From contig PLMN01000012.1 of the NCBI GenBank assembly GCA_003141555.1, positions 139,487 to 203,486 on the forward strand: a stretch of 64,000 nt of DNA, given 5' to 3'. Position 1 is the stretch's first letter. Every line of letters starts with the position of its first letter. The position numbers and the translations under genes were made by a program. Below the pieces are notes generated by a model. It saw only the letters and a list, made by a program, of their open reading frames with translations. It ran no database searches and had not been told where the DNA came from. Shown in pieces: positions 24,983 through 33,489 of this stretch. Source of the stretch: Candidatus Aminicenantes bacterium. GTDB taxonomy: Bacteria; Acidobacteriota; Aminicenantia; Aminicenantales; UBA4085.

Positions 24983-27465
24983 GGCCGCCGCCTCTCAAGG
25001 AGATCGACCTCCCTGAACTTTCTCGTCTTGGGGTGAAAGGCCAGCGTCCTGATTTCAAAGCCCTCGAGCGCGACGCGGGTTTCGGCTCCGGCGAAGGGGA
25101 GGGCGACCGTCGTCGTCCTCGGCCGGCCCGTGGGCTCGAACAGGCGGAGGATGAGCTCCGGCCCGCGCTCGGCCTTTTTCGCGGCCGCGAGCCGGACGGC
25201 CGGGTCACCGACGACGACGAAGGGCTTGGCTTTTTTCCCGCGGCCCGGAGGAAAATAGGCCAGAACGTACGGCTTCTCGCTCCGGACGAGCGCTTCCCGG
25301 TCGACCGCTTCGAGCCGTTCGTCCGCCGGACCGGCATTGATCCAGAAGCGAAACACCCGTTCGCCTTGGTCGATCCGGGGAATCAGGCGGTCTTGACGGA
25401 GCATCGGCGGAGGGCCGCCGGGATCGGCGGCATGGGCCGGCGACCGGAGCAGGGACAGCCGTAGCTCCCCCCCTTCGTAATCCGATCCATAGGTCGCGTC
25501 GTTGATCACAGTGAGGGCCGCGTTCGCCTCGCGCGATACAACGGCGCACCATTTTTGGGAAACGGCTTCGTCTCCGCAGCCGGGAAGCTCCTGGACCCCG
25601 TAGGCGACCTGCCCGATATAGACGGCGGGCGGGAGCAGGGTCGGCAGAGCCAGCTTGAGCATCCTGTCCTTTTCGTTCCAGAAGACGCGAGCCTCGAGCC
25701 CGACTTCGGTACCCTTCTTGGGGAGCGTATAGGTCAGGACCATGAACGAGCGGCTGTAGCCGAAGAGGGCTTCGACGACCGTCCTGACCTCGCCGTCCTC
25801 GATCACCCGGACCGGGGAAAGGGCCCCGCCGGCGATGCCTGAGAACTTCGCGGCGGCTTCGGCGTCGAGCAGCTCGAACGCCCCGGCTTCATCGCGAAAG
25901 CGGCGGACGCCCATGCCCCAGGGATCGGCGTTGTCGGCGAGGACGACCGGCCGGAACGCGCCGGCGCCGAGGTAGTCCCGGCCCTTGATCCTGAACCGGT
26001 CGACAAGCCCCGTCGCCGCGTCGATGGCGACTTCGAGCCCGCCGTTGGCGAAGCGGATCGCCCCGTCGACGATCTCCGTGCGGGGGGCAGGCGCGGCTTC
26101 GATTCTCTCGAGGCGGCAGGAAAACCTGTTCAACCGGCCGGCCTCGAGCTCGGCTTCGAAGACGACTTTCTTGCGCCACTCGAGGCTCAGGTTGCTGAGT
26201 TCCTTTTCAGGCTGGCAGGGGAGGGGACGGCCTTCGCCTACGATCCGGGGGAGGAGATATCCCCCTCGGACGTTGGGCTCGTGCTCCTCGAATTCGCATT
26301 CGACGACCGTCCGCACCCGGAACGGGTGGGGATTGTGGACGAAGATGGGGATTTCGCCCTCGGCCGCGGGCGGCTCTCCGGCCGCCAGGGCGAAGAAGGC
26401 CCGGCCCTTGACCCTGGACGCGATTTCGAGTCCGTGGTCGAGCAGCCGGACGGCGCCTTCCTCGGCCGGGCCGATCGCCGAGCCGGGCAGGATGTCGTGG
26501 AATTCGGCGAAGAGGAGATCGTGCAGCGCATCCCCGAGCTCGGCCGAGGGATACACCGCCAGGCCTTGAAAGGCGGCGGCCGAGGCCATCTTTTCCGCGG
26601 AGAAAAGCTCGTTTTCGAGCTCGCGGTGCTTCCGCTTGACCCGGGCCATCGTCGTATAACAGCCGACGGCCCAGGGATTCAGGTCCCGGGCCACGCGAGG
26701 GAGGAGGACGCCGCTTCCGGCCAGATCGGCGAAATAGGCTTCGGCCGTCGAGTGCCGGATGCCGGCCTCCGGCCGGGCGGCCATGAGCGCCCGGAGCTCG
26801 TCGAGGTCCCGGCGGGATGCGCCCCCGCCGTGGTCGCCGATACCCCAGAGGAGGATCGTGGGCCTGTCGCCGGGATGGCCGTCCAGCCATTTTTCGACCT
26901 TGGTCCGGGCACCGCCTTCGGACGAGTTGTAATGAGCTTCCACCCGGACGGCCCTGATTTCCGAGCCGTCGAAGCCGATCCAGAGGAAATCCTCCGCAGG
27001 GAGCTCCAGGAAATTCCTGTCCGGCCGGCAGAAGACGTAGGAGTCGTATCCGCACCGGGCCAGGATCTGGACGAGACCGCGCCCATGGCCGAAGGGGTCT
27101 AGGTTCGCCCCGGTCCGGACGTCGACCCCGAACTTCTCCCGGAAATATCGCTTTCCAAGGAGAATCTGCCGGACGAAGGATTCGCCGCTCGGCATGTTGC
27201 AGTCCGGCTGAAGGTACCATCCTCCCAGGATGTTCCAGCGGCCCTTCCGGACGAGCGTCCGGATGCGAGCGAACAGGGAAGGCTCGAATTCCTCGACCCA
27301 GCGGTAAAGGATCGCCTCGTTGTGGCAAAAGATGAACCCCGCGTCGCGCTCGCAGAATTCCGCGGCCGTCCGGAATGTGGACACGGCCTCGCCGGCGCCT
27401 TCGGGCCATTCCCAGAGCCAGACGGGGTCGATGTGGGCGTTGCAGACGAGATGGAGCCGCTTCAC
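24979..27465 (-). CDS. Glycoside hydrolase family 38 alpha-mannosidase (cytoplasmic type)
   Basis: N-terminal GH38 signature (VCNAHIDPVWLW, GDHGGG). 828 aa. 4-bp overlaps with both neighbours. Confidence 0.8.
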   Translation of the reverse strand: MKRLHLVCNAHIDPVWLWEWPEGAGEAVSTFRTAAEFCERDAGFIFCHNEAILYRWVEEFEPSLFARIRTLVRKGRWNILGGWYLQPDCNMPSGESFVRQILLGKRYFREKFGVDVRTGANLDPFGHGRGLVQILARCGYDSYVFCRPDRNFLELPAEDFLWIGFDGSEIRAVRVEAHYNSSEGGARTKVEKWLDGHPGDRPTILLWGIGDHGGGASRRDLDELRALMAARPEAGIRHSTAEAYFADLAGSGVLLPRVARDLNPWAVGCYTTMARVKRKHRELENELFSAEKMASAAAFQGLAVYPSAELGDALHDLLFAEFHDILPGSAIGPAEEGAVRLLDHGLEIASRVKGRAFFALAAGEPPAAEGEIPIFVHNPHPFRVRTVVECEFEEHEPNVRGGYLLPRIVGEGRPLPCQPEKELSNLSLEWRKKVVFEAELEAGRLNRFSCRLERIEAAPAPRTEIVDGAIRFANGGLEVAIDAATGLVDRFRIKGRDYLGAGAFRPVVLADNADPWGMGVRRFRDEAGAFELLDAEAAAKFSGIAGGALSPVRVIEDGEVRTVVEALFGYSRSFMVLTYTLPKKGTEVGLEARVFWNEKDRMLKLALPTLLPPAVYIGQVAYGVQELPGCGDEAVSQKWCAVVSREANAALTVINDATYGSDYEGGELRLSLLRSPAHAADPGGPPPMLRQDRLIPRIDQGERVFRFWINAGPADERLEAVDREALVRSEKPYVLAYFPPGRGKKAKPFVVVGDPAVRLAAAKKAERGPELILRLFEPTGRPRTTTVALPFAGAETRVALEGFEIRTLAFHPKTRKFREVDLLERRRP

Positions 27466-28085
27466 AGCTTCAGGTTGACGAAAAGGGAGAGCAGAGTATA
27501 GGCGGCCAAGCCGAAGAGCGAGATGGCCAGGACTAAAAAGATGACGCGGAACGTCTTGGCCTTGAACTGGTGGTGGTATTTGGCCACGTAGTAGGTGAGG
27601 ATGAAATACCAGGTCAGGCCTCCGATCCCGACGGAGAGAGCGAACAGTAGGGGGGATCCCAAGTAATGGCTGGATACTATTCCGGCGACGAAGATCCAGA
27701 AGGCGTAAAGCGTGGGATTGGTGACGTAGAGCAGGATGACGCCTAGTATGGCCCGGGCGGAAAAAGAGCTGGATTTCTTATCGGGAAGGGCGTCCTTGTA
27801 GGTCCTTGACTGGAGATAGAGGCGGATTCCCATGGCGATCAGGACGGCGGCCGCGATGATCTTCATGATCGGGAAGCGCATGTATTTGTCCAGGTTGAAG
27901 GTCACCTGGGAGATGCCGACGAGGGAGGCGAAACAGTAGAGCGTGTCCAGGATCGCCGCCGTCAATCCTCCCATGAAGCCATGGAAGAAGTCACGCTTGA
28001 GAGTCTGCGAAATGACGAAAACATTGACCGGCCCCAAGGGGATCGCGGCTACAAATCCGAACATCAGGCCGATCAGGACAAACAT
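27462..28085 (-). CDS. LysE/RhtB family amino-acid exporter
   Basis: Six-TM LysE topology and N-terminal PGP-like motif (IPLGPVNVFVI). Confidence 0.8.
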   Translation of the reverse strand: MFVLIGLMFGFVAAIPLGPVNVFVISQTLKRDFFHGFMGGLTAAILDTLYCFASLVGISQVTFNLDKYMRFPIMKIIAAAVLIAMGIRLYLQSRTYKDALPDKKSSSFSARAILGVILLYVTNPTLYAFWIFVAGIVSSHYLGSPLLFALSVGIGGLTWYFILTYYVAKYHHQFKAKTFRVIFLVLAISLFGLAAYTLLSLFVNLKL

Positions 28086-28197
28086 GGCGCTAGGCTTGGC
28101 TGAATTCCTTTAGCGGTTCGCTCGTCTAGGGAAAATAACAAAATGAAAGACTTTTTGTCAATTTATTATTCAAAGATATATCGGATGGCGCGGCAGG

Positions 28198-29307
28198 CTA
28201 AAAGGCTTCATTGGCCGTGAAATAGACGCCAGAGCCTTGCTTTCCGTAGCCGATATCCATTCTCAGGTTGATTCCCTCGCCGGATGAAATCTTGAAGCGG
28301 AGCCCCCAGCCCCAGGCCAGTTTGAACTCGGCCGGATTGATCCGGCCCAGGCTGTCGGCCACGCCGCCCGCCGCGGCGAAAACGACCCCGCCGAAGCGCC
28401 ACCAGACGGGGAAGCGGAACTCGGCCTGAACTGCCGTCAGGACGTTGTCCCTGTAGCGGCCCTTGTAGTATCCCCGCATCATACTGTCGCCTCCGAGCTT
28501 GGGCAGCATGAGGAGCGGCGCCGTGCCGACCGCGGCCTCCATGATCCCCTGGACGGCCAAGACGGAAGGTCCGAACAGGGGAAAGAACGACCGGAGATCG
28601 GCCTTCACTTTGAGATAATCAAAGCTCGAACCGAGGACCGAATTGTTGAGCTCGGCCGAAAGCTGATGGTAGCTCCCCGAGGATGGGGCGAAAACGCTGT
28701 CCCGGCTGTCGAAGCGGACCATGGCCCCCAGGCCCGACGTCCGTCCTGCCCCGGCGCCGGGGACGACTTCCCGGGCGAGCTGGCCGCCGGGATCGAAAGG
28801 ATCAAAGCGGAAAAAATCTCCCACGTAGCGAATGCCGGCGAACAAGCCGGCGACCGCCTTGATCCGCCAGACCCAGTTCGCCTCGATCGAGATGTGCCGC
28901 GGGGTGAAGTTCTCCCGGGCGCCGTCGGGCGTATTTCCCCCGATCCCGTAGAAATCGGCCGGGAACTTGCTGTATTCGAAATACCCGTAGAGGACGGACG
29001 CCCCTCCTCCGAGGTAGAACTCCGGCGTGATGCTTACGGAATGCTGCCGGCGCTCGGTTGCCACGGCGGCGAACAGGATCGACGAGGGGTGCGCCTCGCG
29101 GGGAGCATCGGACCGGCGGAGCGCGACAAGGCCGCCGACGCCGGCCGCCCAACCCGTTTCCGGAGTCCTGTAGACGATGGGGAGGACTAGGAACGAGCTC
29201 GCAGGCGCGACGGTCTTGACCTCAGGCTCTTGGGCGGCGAAGGTTTCCGCCGTCCCCGCCCCAAAGGCGAGGAAGACGAGGAGACACGTAACAATATGGC
29301 GGCGCAT
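28198..29307 (-). CDS. Outer-membrane beta-barrel protein (bacterial surface antigen/Omp85-like C-terminal barrel)
   Basis: Signal peptide. Alternating-hydrophobic strands. C-terminal aromatic residue (...NEAF). Confidence 0.45.
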   Translation of the reverse strand: MRRHIVTCLLVFLAFGAGTAETFAAQEPEVKTVAPASSFLVLPIVYRTPETGWAAGVGGLVALRRSDAPREAHPSSILFAAVATERRQHSVSITPEFYLGGGASVLYGYFEYSKFPADFYGIGGNTPDGARENFTPRHISIEANWVWRIKAVAGLFAGIRYVGDFFRFDPFDPGGQLAREVVPGAGAGRTSGLGAMVRFDSRDSVFAPSSGSYHQLSAELNNSVLGSSFDYLKVKADLRSFFPLFGPSVLAVQGIMEAAVGTAPLLMLPKLGGDSMMRGYYKGRYRDNVLTAVQAEFRFPVWWRFGGVVFAAAGGVADSLGRINPAEFKLAWGWGLRFKISSGEGINLRMDIGYGKQGSGVYFTANEAF

Positions 29308-29451
29308 GATTTAGATACTAGGAATATATCATATTCGACGTCATAGTGAAGAGCCCCGCTTTGATGAATTTCAAGCCGCCGGCTATGGACGAGATACCTC
29401 CCCAGATGGCCCCATTATTCCCCCCTATCTTGTCAAATAGATAAAAGGCGG

Positions 29452-29480
29452 TTGACGAAGCGGGCACCCTCGGGCTAAAT
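29452..29480 (+). promoter_or_regulatory. Sigma70-type promoter (TTGACG-N17-CTAAAT)
   Basis: Hexamers lie 20 nt upstream of the ATG at 29502. Confidence 0.3.
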
Positions 29481-29501
29481 TGGCAGGAAGGCGGGAGAGC
29501 G

Positions 29502-30653
29502 ATGACATCGAAAGAGCGGATGGCCCGGGCGATGGCCGGCGATCGCCCCGACCGCGTCCCGGTGATGTGCCAGATGAGCATCGGGCACATGCTTCTCCAG
29601 ACGGGGATCCCGCCCCACGAATTCTGGTTCTCCGAGGAGCGCTTCCGCGAGGGCCTGCTCGCCCTGCGCCGGCGGTATGATTTCGACGGCATCCTGGTCA
29701 GCCTCCACGGCCATGCGCCCGATTGGGAGAAGGGGATCGCGAGGATGGCGCGGGAGGGGGACTTGACCGTCGTCCGCTGGGCGGACGGAGGGCGGACGGA
29801 ATTCCCTCCGGACGACCTGCCGCGGCATTATCCGGGCGTGCCCGCCGCGCGGCCCGATATCGCCCGCTTCGATCCCGACTGCGTCCCCGAACGGATCGAA
29901 TATATCCCGGTGTCCCCGGGGCTCGCGTTCCGGCTTGATCCCGACCACCGCCTCGATGCGTTCCGCAACGTCCGGGATGCCGCCGGAGCCGGGTTCTCGA
30001 TCCATGGCGAGGTCACCTCGCCCCTGGACTATTTCCTCGACCTCTTCGGCTTCGCCGAGGGCTTCCTGGCATTGGCCGACCATCCCGAGCGTTCGTTGGC
30101 CGTGCTCGAGAGGTTTGCCGCGGGTGTCGCCGATCTCGCCATCAAGCAGGCCCGGCTCGGCCTCGACGCGATCAAAATCTCGTCGCCCTATGCCGGCGCG
30201 GCCTTCATTTCGCCCGCGTTCTACCGGCGTTTCGTCCTGCCTTTCGAATCCCGGATCGCCCGGGCCGTGCGCGCCGCGGGGGTCCCGGTCTACACCCACA
30301 CCTGCGGCGCCGTCCGCGACCGGCTGGAGATGATGGCCGAGGCGGGCGTCTCCGGGATCGAGTGTCTGGATCCGCCCCCCCTCGGCAACGTGGAGCTCGA
30401 GGACGCCAAAGCCCGGCTCGGAGGGTCGGTCTTCATCAAGGGCAACATCGATCCCGTGAACACGCTCCTCTTCGGGGCGGCCGCGGCCGTGGAAGCCGAC
30501 GTCCGCCGCCGCCTCGCGGCCGGGATGCCGGGCGGGGGATTTATCCTCAGCACGGCCTGTTCCATCGCGCCCCGGACGCCGGCCGCGAACGTCGAGCTCC
30601 TGGCGCCGCTCGCCGCCGAGGCCGGGCGCTATCCCGCCGGCCCGTCCGCCTGA
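29502..30653 (+). CDS. Uroporphyrinogen decarboxylase (URO-D) family protein (MtaA/CmuA-like methyltransferase fold)
   Basis: URO-D TIM-barrel family features. 383 aa. GGAAGG RBS. Confidence 0.65.
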   Translation: MTSKERMARAMAGDRPDRVPVMCQMSIGHMLLQTGIPPHEFWFSEERFREGLLALRRRYDFDGILVSLHGHAPDWEKGIARMAREGDLTVVRWADGGRTEFPPDDLPRHYPGVPAARPDIARFDPDCVPERIEYIPVSPGLAFRLDPDHRLDAFRNVRDAAGAGFSIHGEVTSPLDYFLDLFGFAEGFLALADHPERSLAVLERFAAGVADLAIKQARLGLDAIKISSPYAGAAFISPAFYRRFVLPFESRIARAVRAAGVPVYTHTCGAVRDRLEMMAEAGVSGIECLDPPPLGNVELEDAKARLGGSVFIKGNIDPVNTLLFGAAAAVEADVRRRLAAGMPGGGFILSTACSIAPRTPAANVELLAPLAAEAGRYPAGPSA

Positions 30654-30695
30654 GCCGGGCCCCGTTCCGGGCATTTATGGCTTGCATAAAATATA

Positions 30696-30724
30696 TTGAC
30701 TTTATCAAATTAATAGTATATATA
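30696..30724 (+). promoter_or_regulatory. Sigma70 consensus promoter (TTGACT-N17-TATATA) inside an AT-rich island
   Basis: Near-perfect hexamers with 17-nt spacing. Confidence 0.4.
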
Positions 30725-30843
30725 TATGCCATTCCTGTTGTGCTGGCTGGGCAGGACCCACCCTCCTTATTACCCCCTTTAATTTAATTCCCTGAAACAG
30801 CCAGCCTTTCCTCTCCTCCGGGGACCCTGGCCAATCACCGGAA

Positions 30844-30872
30844 TTGACAGGGGCCGGGGGCCGCATTATAAA
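30844..30872 (+). promoter_or_regulatory. Sigma70 consensus promoter (TTGACA-N17-TATAAA)
   Basis: It lies 25 nt upstream of the ATG at 30897. The spacer is the palindrome GGCCGGGGGCC. Confidence 0.45.
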
Positions 30873-30896
30873 GGTCTTGCAGGCTAAGGAGAACCA

Positions 30897-32297
30897 ATGG
30901 TCCAGCGCGGCGCCCCGAAAATCGATAAGAGGCGGACCCTGAGGGAGCCGCTCCGGTTCTCGCTCCTGTTCTGGCTCCAGGACCGCGAAGAGCTTCCCGC
31001 CGAGACGGCCACGACTCTCGACATCAGCCCCCGGAGCCTTGCATTCCGGAGTGCGAAGACGATTCCCATGGAAACGCGGCTCGTGCTCAGGCTGCCCAAC
31101 CCCTCGAGCGGGCGAAATCTCCAGGTCAAGGGCAGGGTCTGCCGCATCGAGAAGGACCCCGGGGCGGCCTCCACGGTCTACGGCGTGCAGTTTGAACAGA
31201 TCGACGGCCGCGACCTGGCCCTTCTGGAGCGGTTCGTCCAGGTCGGCAGCATCAATGCCATCTTGAGCGCCGCGGCTCGGAAGAAAGCGACTGACATCCA
31301 CCTCCTGGCCGGCGCGCCGCCCGTGTTCCGGATCGGCGGAGAGGTCGAGGTTGAGGACATGTTCCCGCTCGGCGCGACGGACCTCCAGGATATGATCGCC
31401 GTGATCCTGAGCCCACGTCAGAGGGAGAACTTCGAACGGGACATGGAGCTGGATTTTTCCTACCAGGCCCTCGACGGCCTGCGTTTTCGGGGCAATGTCC
31501 ATCGGGACAAGGGGAGCGTCGCGGCGTCTTTCCGGGCCATCCCCGCCTGCGTGCTGATGCCCTCCGAGCTGGGCCTGCCGCCCGCGGTCGAGGCGATGTC
31601 CGGGCTGAAGAAGGGCCTGATCCTGGTCGCCGGGCTTCCCGGGAGCGGCCGGTCGACCACCCTGGCGTCCCTCATTGACTCCATCAACCGCGGCTCCCGG
31701 CGCGTCGTCCTGAGCCTCGAGGACTCCATTGAATTCGTCCACCGTCCCGCCCGGGGGATCGTCATCCAACGCGAGATCGGCCTGGATACGCAATCGTATG
31801 AGGAAGGGCTCAGCCGCGCCATCCGCCAAGACGCGGATGTGATCGCCATAGGAGAGCTGCAGACCGCCGCCGAGCTGGGGTTGGTCCTCGGCGCGGCCGA
31901 GGCCGGCCGCCTCGTCCTGGCCGCCGTCCAGGCTTCGAATACGGTCGATGCCCTCGACAGCCTGATCGGCGTTCTCCCGGACGATCAGCGCGCCCGGGCT
32001 TCCGCGAGGCTGGCGGGCTGCCTCGTCGGCGCCGTCGCCCAGCTCCTGCTGCCGAAGAAGGGCGCCTCCGGCCGCGTCCTCGCGACCGAGGTCCTGGTCG
32101 CGACCCCCGAAATCCGGAACCTCATTCGGACTCGCTCCTTGGAGGGGATCCCGGCAATGATCGAGTCGAGCGCCGCGCGCGGCATGCGGACGATGGACAA
32201 GGCGCTGGCAGATCTTACCGAGCGGGGAGTGATCACTCGGGAAATGGCCCTGAGCTATGCTCGGGAACCCAGGAAACTCCAGGCCGGCGGCTCGTGA
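30897..32297 (+). CDS. PilZ domain fused to a PilT-like (type IV pilus retraction ATPase family) domain with degenerate catalytic motifs
   Basis: The N-terminal RRTLR...DISPRS region is PilZ-like. The PilT N-domain reads IHLLAGAPPVFRIGGEVE. Walker A is GLPGSGRSTT (K to R). The Asp box GEMRD is replaced by GELQT. The His box is replaced by GRLVLAAVQ. Confidence 0.7.
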   Translation: MVQRGAPKIDKRRTLREPLRFSLLFWLQDREELPAETATTLDISPRSLAFRSAKTIPMETRLVLRLPNPSSGRNLQVKGRVCRIEKDPGAASTVYGVQFEQIDGRDLALLERFVQVGSINAILSAAARKKATDIHLLAGAPPVFRIGGEVEVEDMFPLGATDLQDMIAVILSPRQRENFERDMELDFSYQALDGLRFRGNVHRDKGSVAASFRAIPACVLMPSELGLPPAVEAMSGLKKGLILVAGLPGSGRSTTLASLIDSINRGSRRVVLSLEDSIEFVHRPARGIVIQREIGLDTQSYEEGLSRAIRQDADVIAIGELQTAAELGLVLGAAEAGRLVLAAVQASNTVDALDSLIGVLPDDQRARASARLAGCLVGAVAQLLLPKKGASGRVLATEVLVATPEIRNLIRTRSLEGIPAMIESSAARGMRTMDKALADLTERGVITREMALSYAREPRKLQAGGS

Positions 32298-33337
32298 CCG
32301 TTTTCAAGAGAAGGCTGGCCAAGGCCGCCCTCGTCCTGATCTCCGCCGTCGCGGCGCTGGCGGCCGCCGAAATCGCAGTTCGGATCGCCTCTCCGCTTCG
32401 CTTCCGGCCGAGGGGGGACGCCCCGCTCTTCGCTTCGCGCACCTACCGGCTCTCGAAAAACAAGGAGCTGGTCTACGAGCTCAAGCCCAATACTCAGGCG
32501 ACCGCCAACGGGCTCGATTTCGCGGTCAATCCCTCAGGGTTTCGCGACCGGCGCTATCCCCGGGACGCGGGGGGGGACGCGCGGATCGTCTGCGTCGGGG
32601 ATTCGCTGACCTACGGCTGGCTCGTCCCGCTCCGGGCGACTTACCACAAGCAGCTCGAGCGGCTGATGAAAGCCGATGGCTTCGGCGTCGAGGTGATGGG
32701 GATGGGGGTGGTCGGCTACAATACGGTCCAGGAATATTTCGTCATCCGAGACAAGATCCCCCGCCTGAAGCCCGACCTCGTCCTGCTCCAGATGGGGCCG
32801 AATGATTTTGAGAGGACGGTCGGCATCAAGACCGTTCCCGAGACCGGCAAGCTGGTCCTCATCCCCTACAACGACCTCATCATCCCCTATATGACCGCGA
32901 AAACGGGGCTGACGAATCTCCTGATGCGGACGTCCCACCTGTTCCGGCTGGCCAACCTCGGGCTTTTCAACGTGAAGTTCAAGCGCTCGCCGGATTTCGT
33001 CCCGTCCGACGTGTTCCTGATGGGGGAGGACAAATCCTTCCTATATCTGAACAAGATTAAATCGTTCCTCGATGCCCAAGGCATTCCGTTCGCCGTGGCC
33101 GTTTTCCCCTACCGGAACGTCGGGACGGCGCCCTACCTCTACGCCGCGCTGACCCGCAGGATCCGCGACCGGCTCGAGCTCCTCCGGATCCCCTATCTCG
33201 ACCTCTATGACCGCCTGAACTCGGAGACGGCGAAGGACATCTGGATCGACGGCCTCCATTTCAACGAGGACGGCTATGCGATCATCGCCGCGGAGCTTCG
33301 GACGTTCATCGAGCCTCTTCTGGCGAAGAAAAAATAG
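32294..33337 (+). CDS. SGNH/GDSL family hydrolase
   Basis: GDS motif (VCVGDSLTYG). DxxH catalytic block (DGLHFNEDGY). GTG start overlaps the upstream stop (GTGA). Confidence 0.75.
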   Translation: MTVFKRRLAKAALVLISAVAALAAAEIAVRIASPLRFRPRGDAPLFASRTYRLSKNKELVYELKPNTQATANGLDFAVNPSGFRDRRYPRDAGGDARIVCVGDSLTYGWLVPLRATYHKQLERLMKADGFGVEVMGMGVVGYNTVQEYFVIRDKIPRLKPDLVLLQMGPNDFERTVGIKTVPETGKLVLIPYNDLIIPYMTAKTGLTNLLMRTSHLFRLANLGLFNVKFKRSPDFVPSDVFLMGEDKSFLYLNKIKSFLDAQGIPFAVAVFPYRNVGTAPYLYAALTRRIRDRLELLRIPYLDLYDRLNSETAKDIWIDGLHFNEDGYAIIAAELRTFIEPLLAKKK

Positions 33338-33387
33338 GGCATGGGTCCCGGCCGCCGGACCGTCGGCCGTCCCATCTCCCCTCGATA

Positions 33388-33416
33388 TTGACAGGCCCGC
33401 GGGGGCGGGCTATAGT
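33388..33416 (+). promoter_or_regulatory. Sigma70 consensus promoter (TTGACA-N17-TATAGT)
   Basis: It lies about 70 nt upstream of the ATG at 33490. Confidence 0.45.
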
Positions 33417-33489
33417 CGAGCGAGGCGTGCGGCCGGGGCCGCGCTGCCGCCGGCTTGATTTGGAATCGAATTCCCAGCGAGGTGACGCC

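Noticed and set aside
33388-33489. N-terminal extension of the GH38 ORF (MTGPRGRAIVERGV... from 33388)
   Set aside because: The ORF finder started at an alternative start codon that coincides with the -35 hexamer. The signal peptide MKSAFRLGLL at 33490 is the credible start, and the extension is Arg/Pro-rich.
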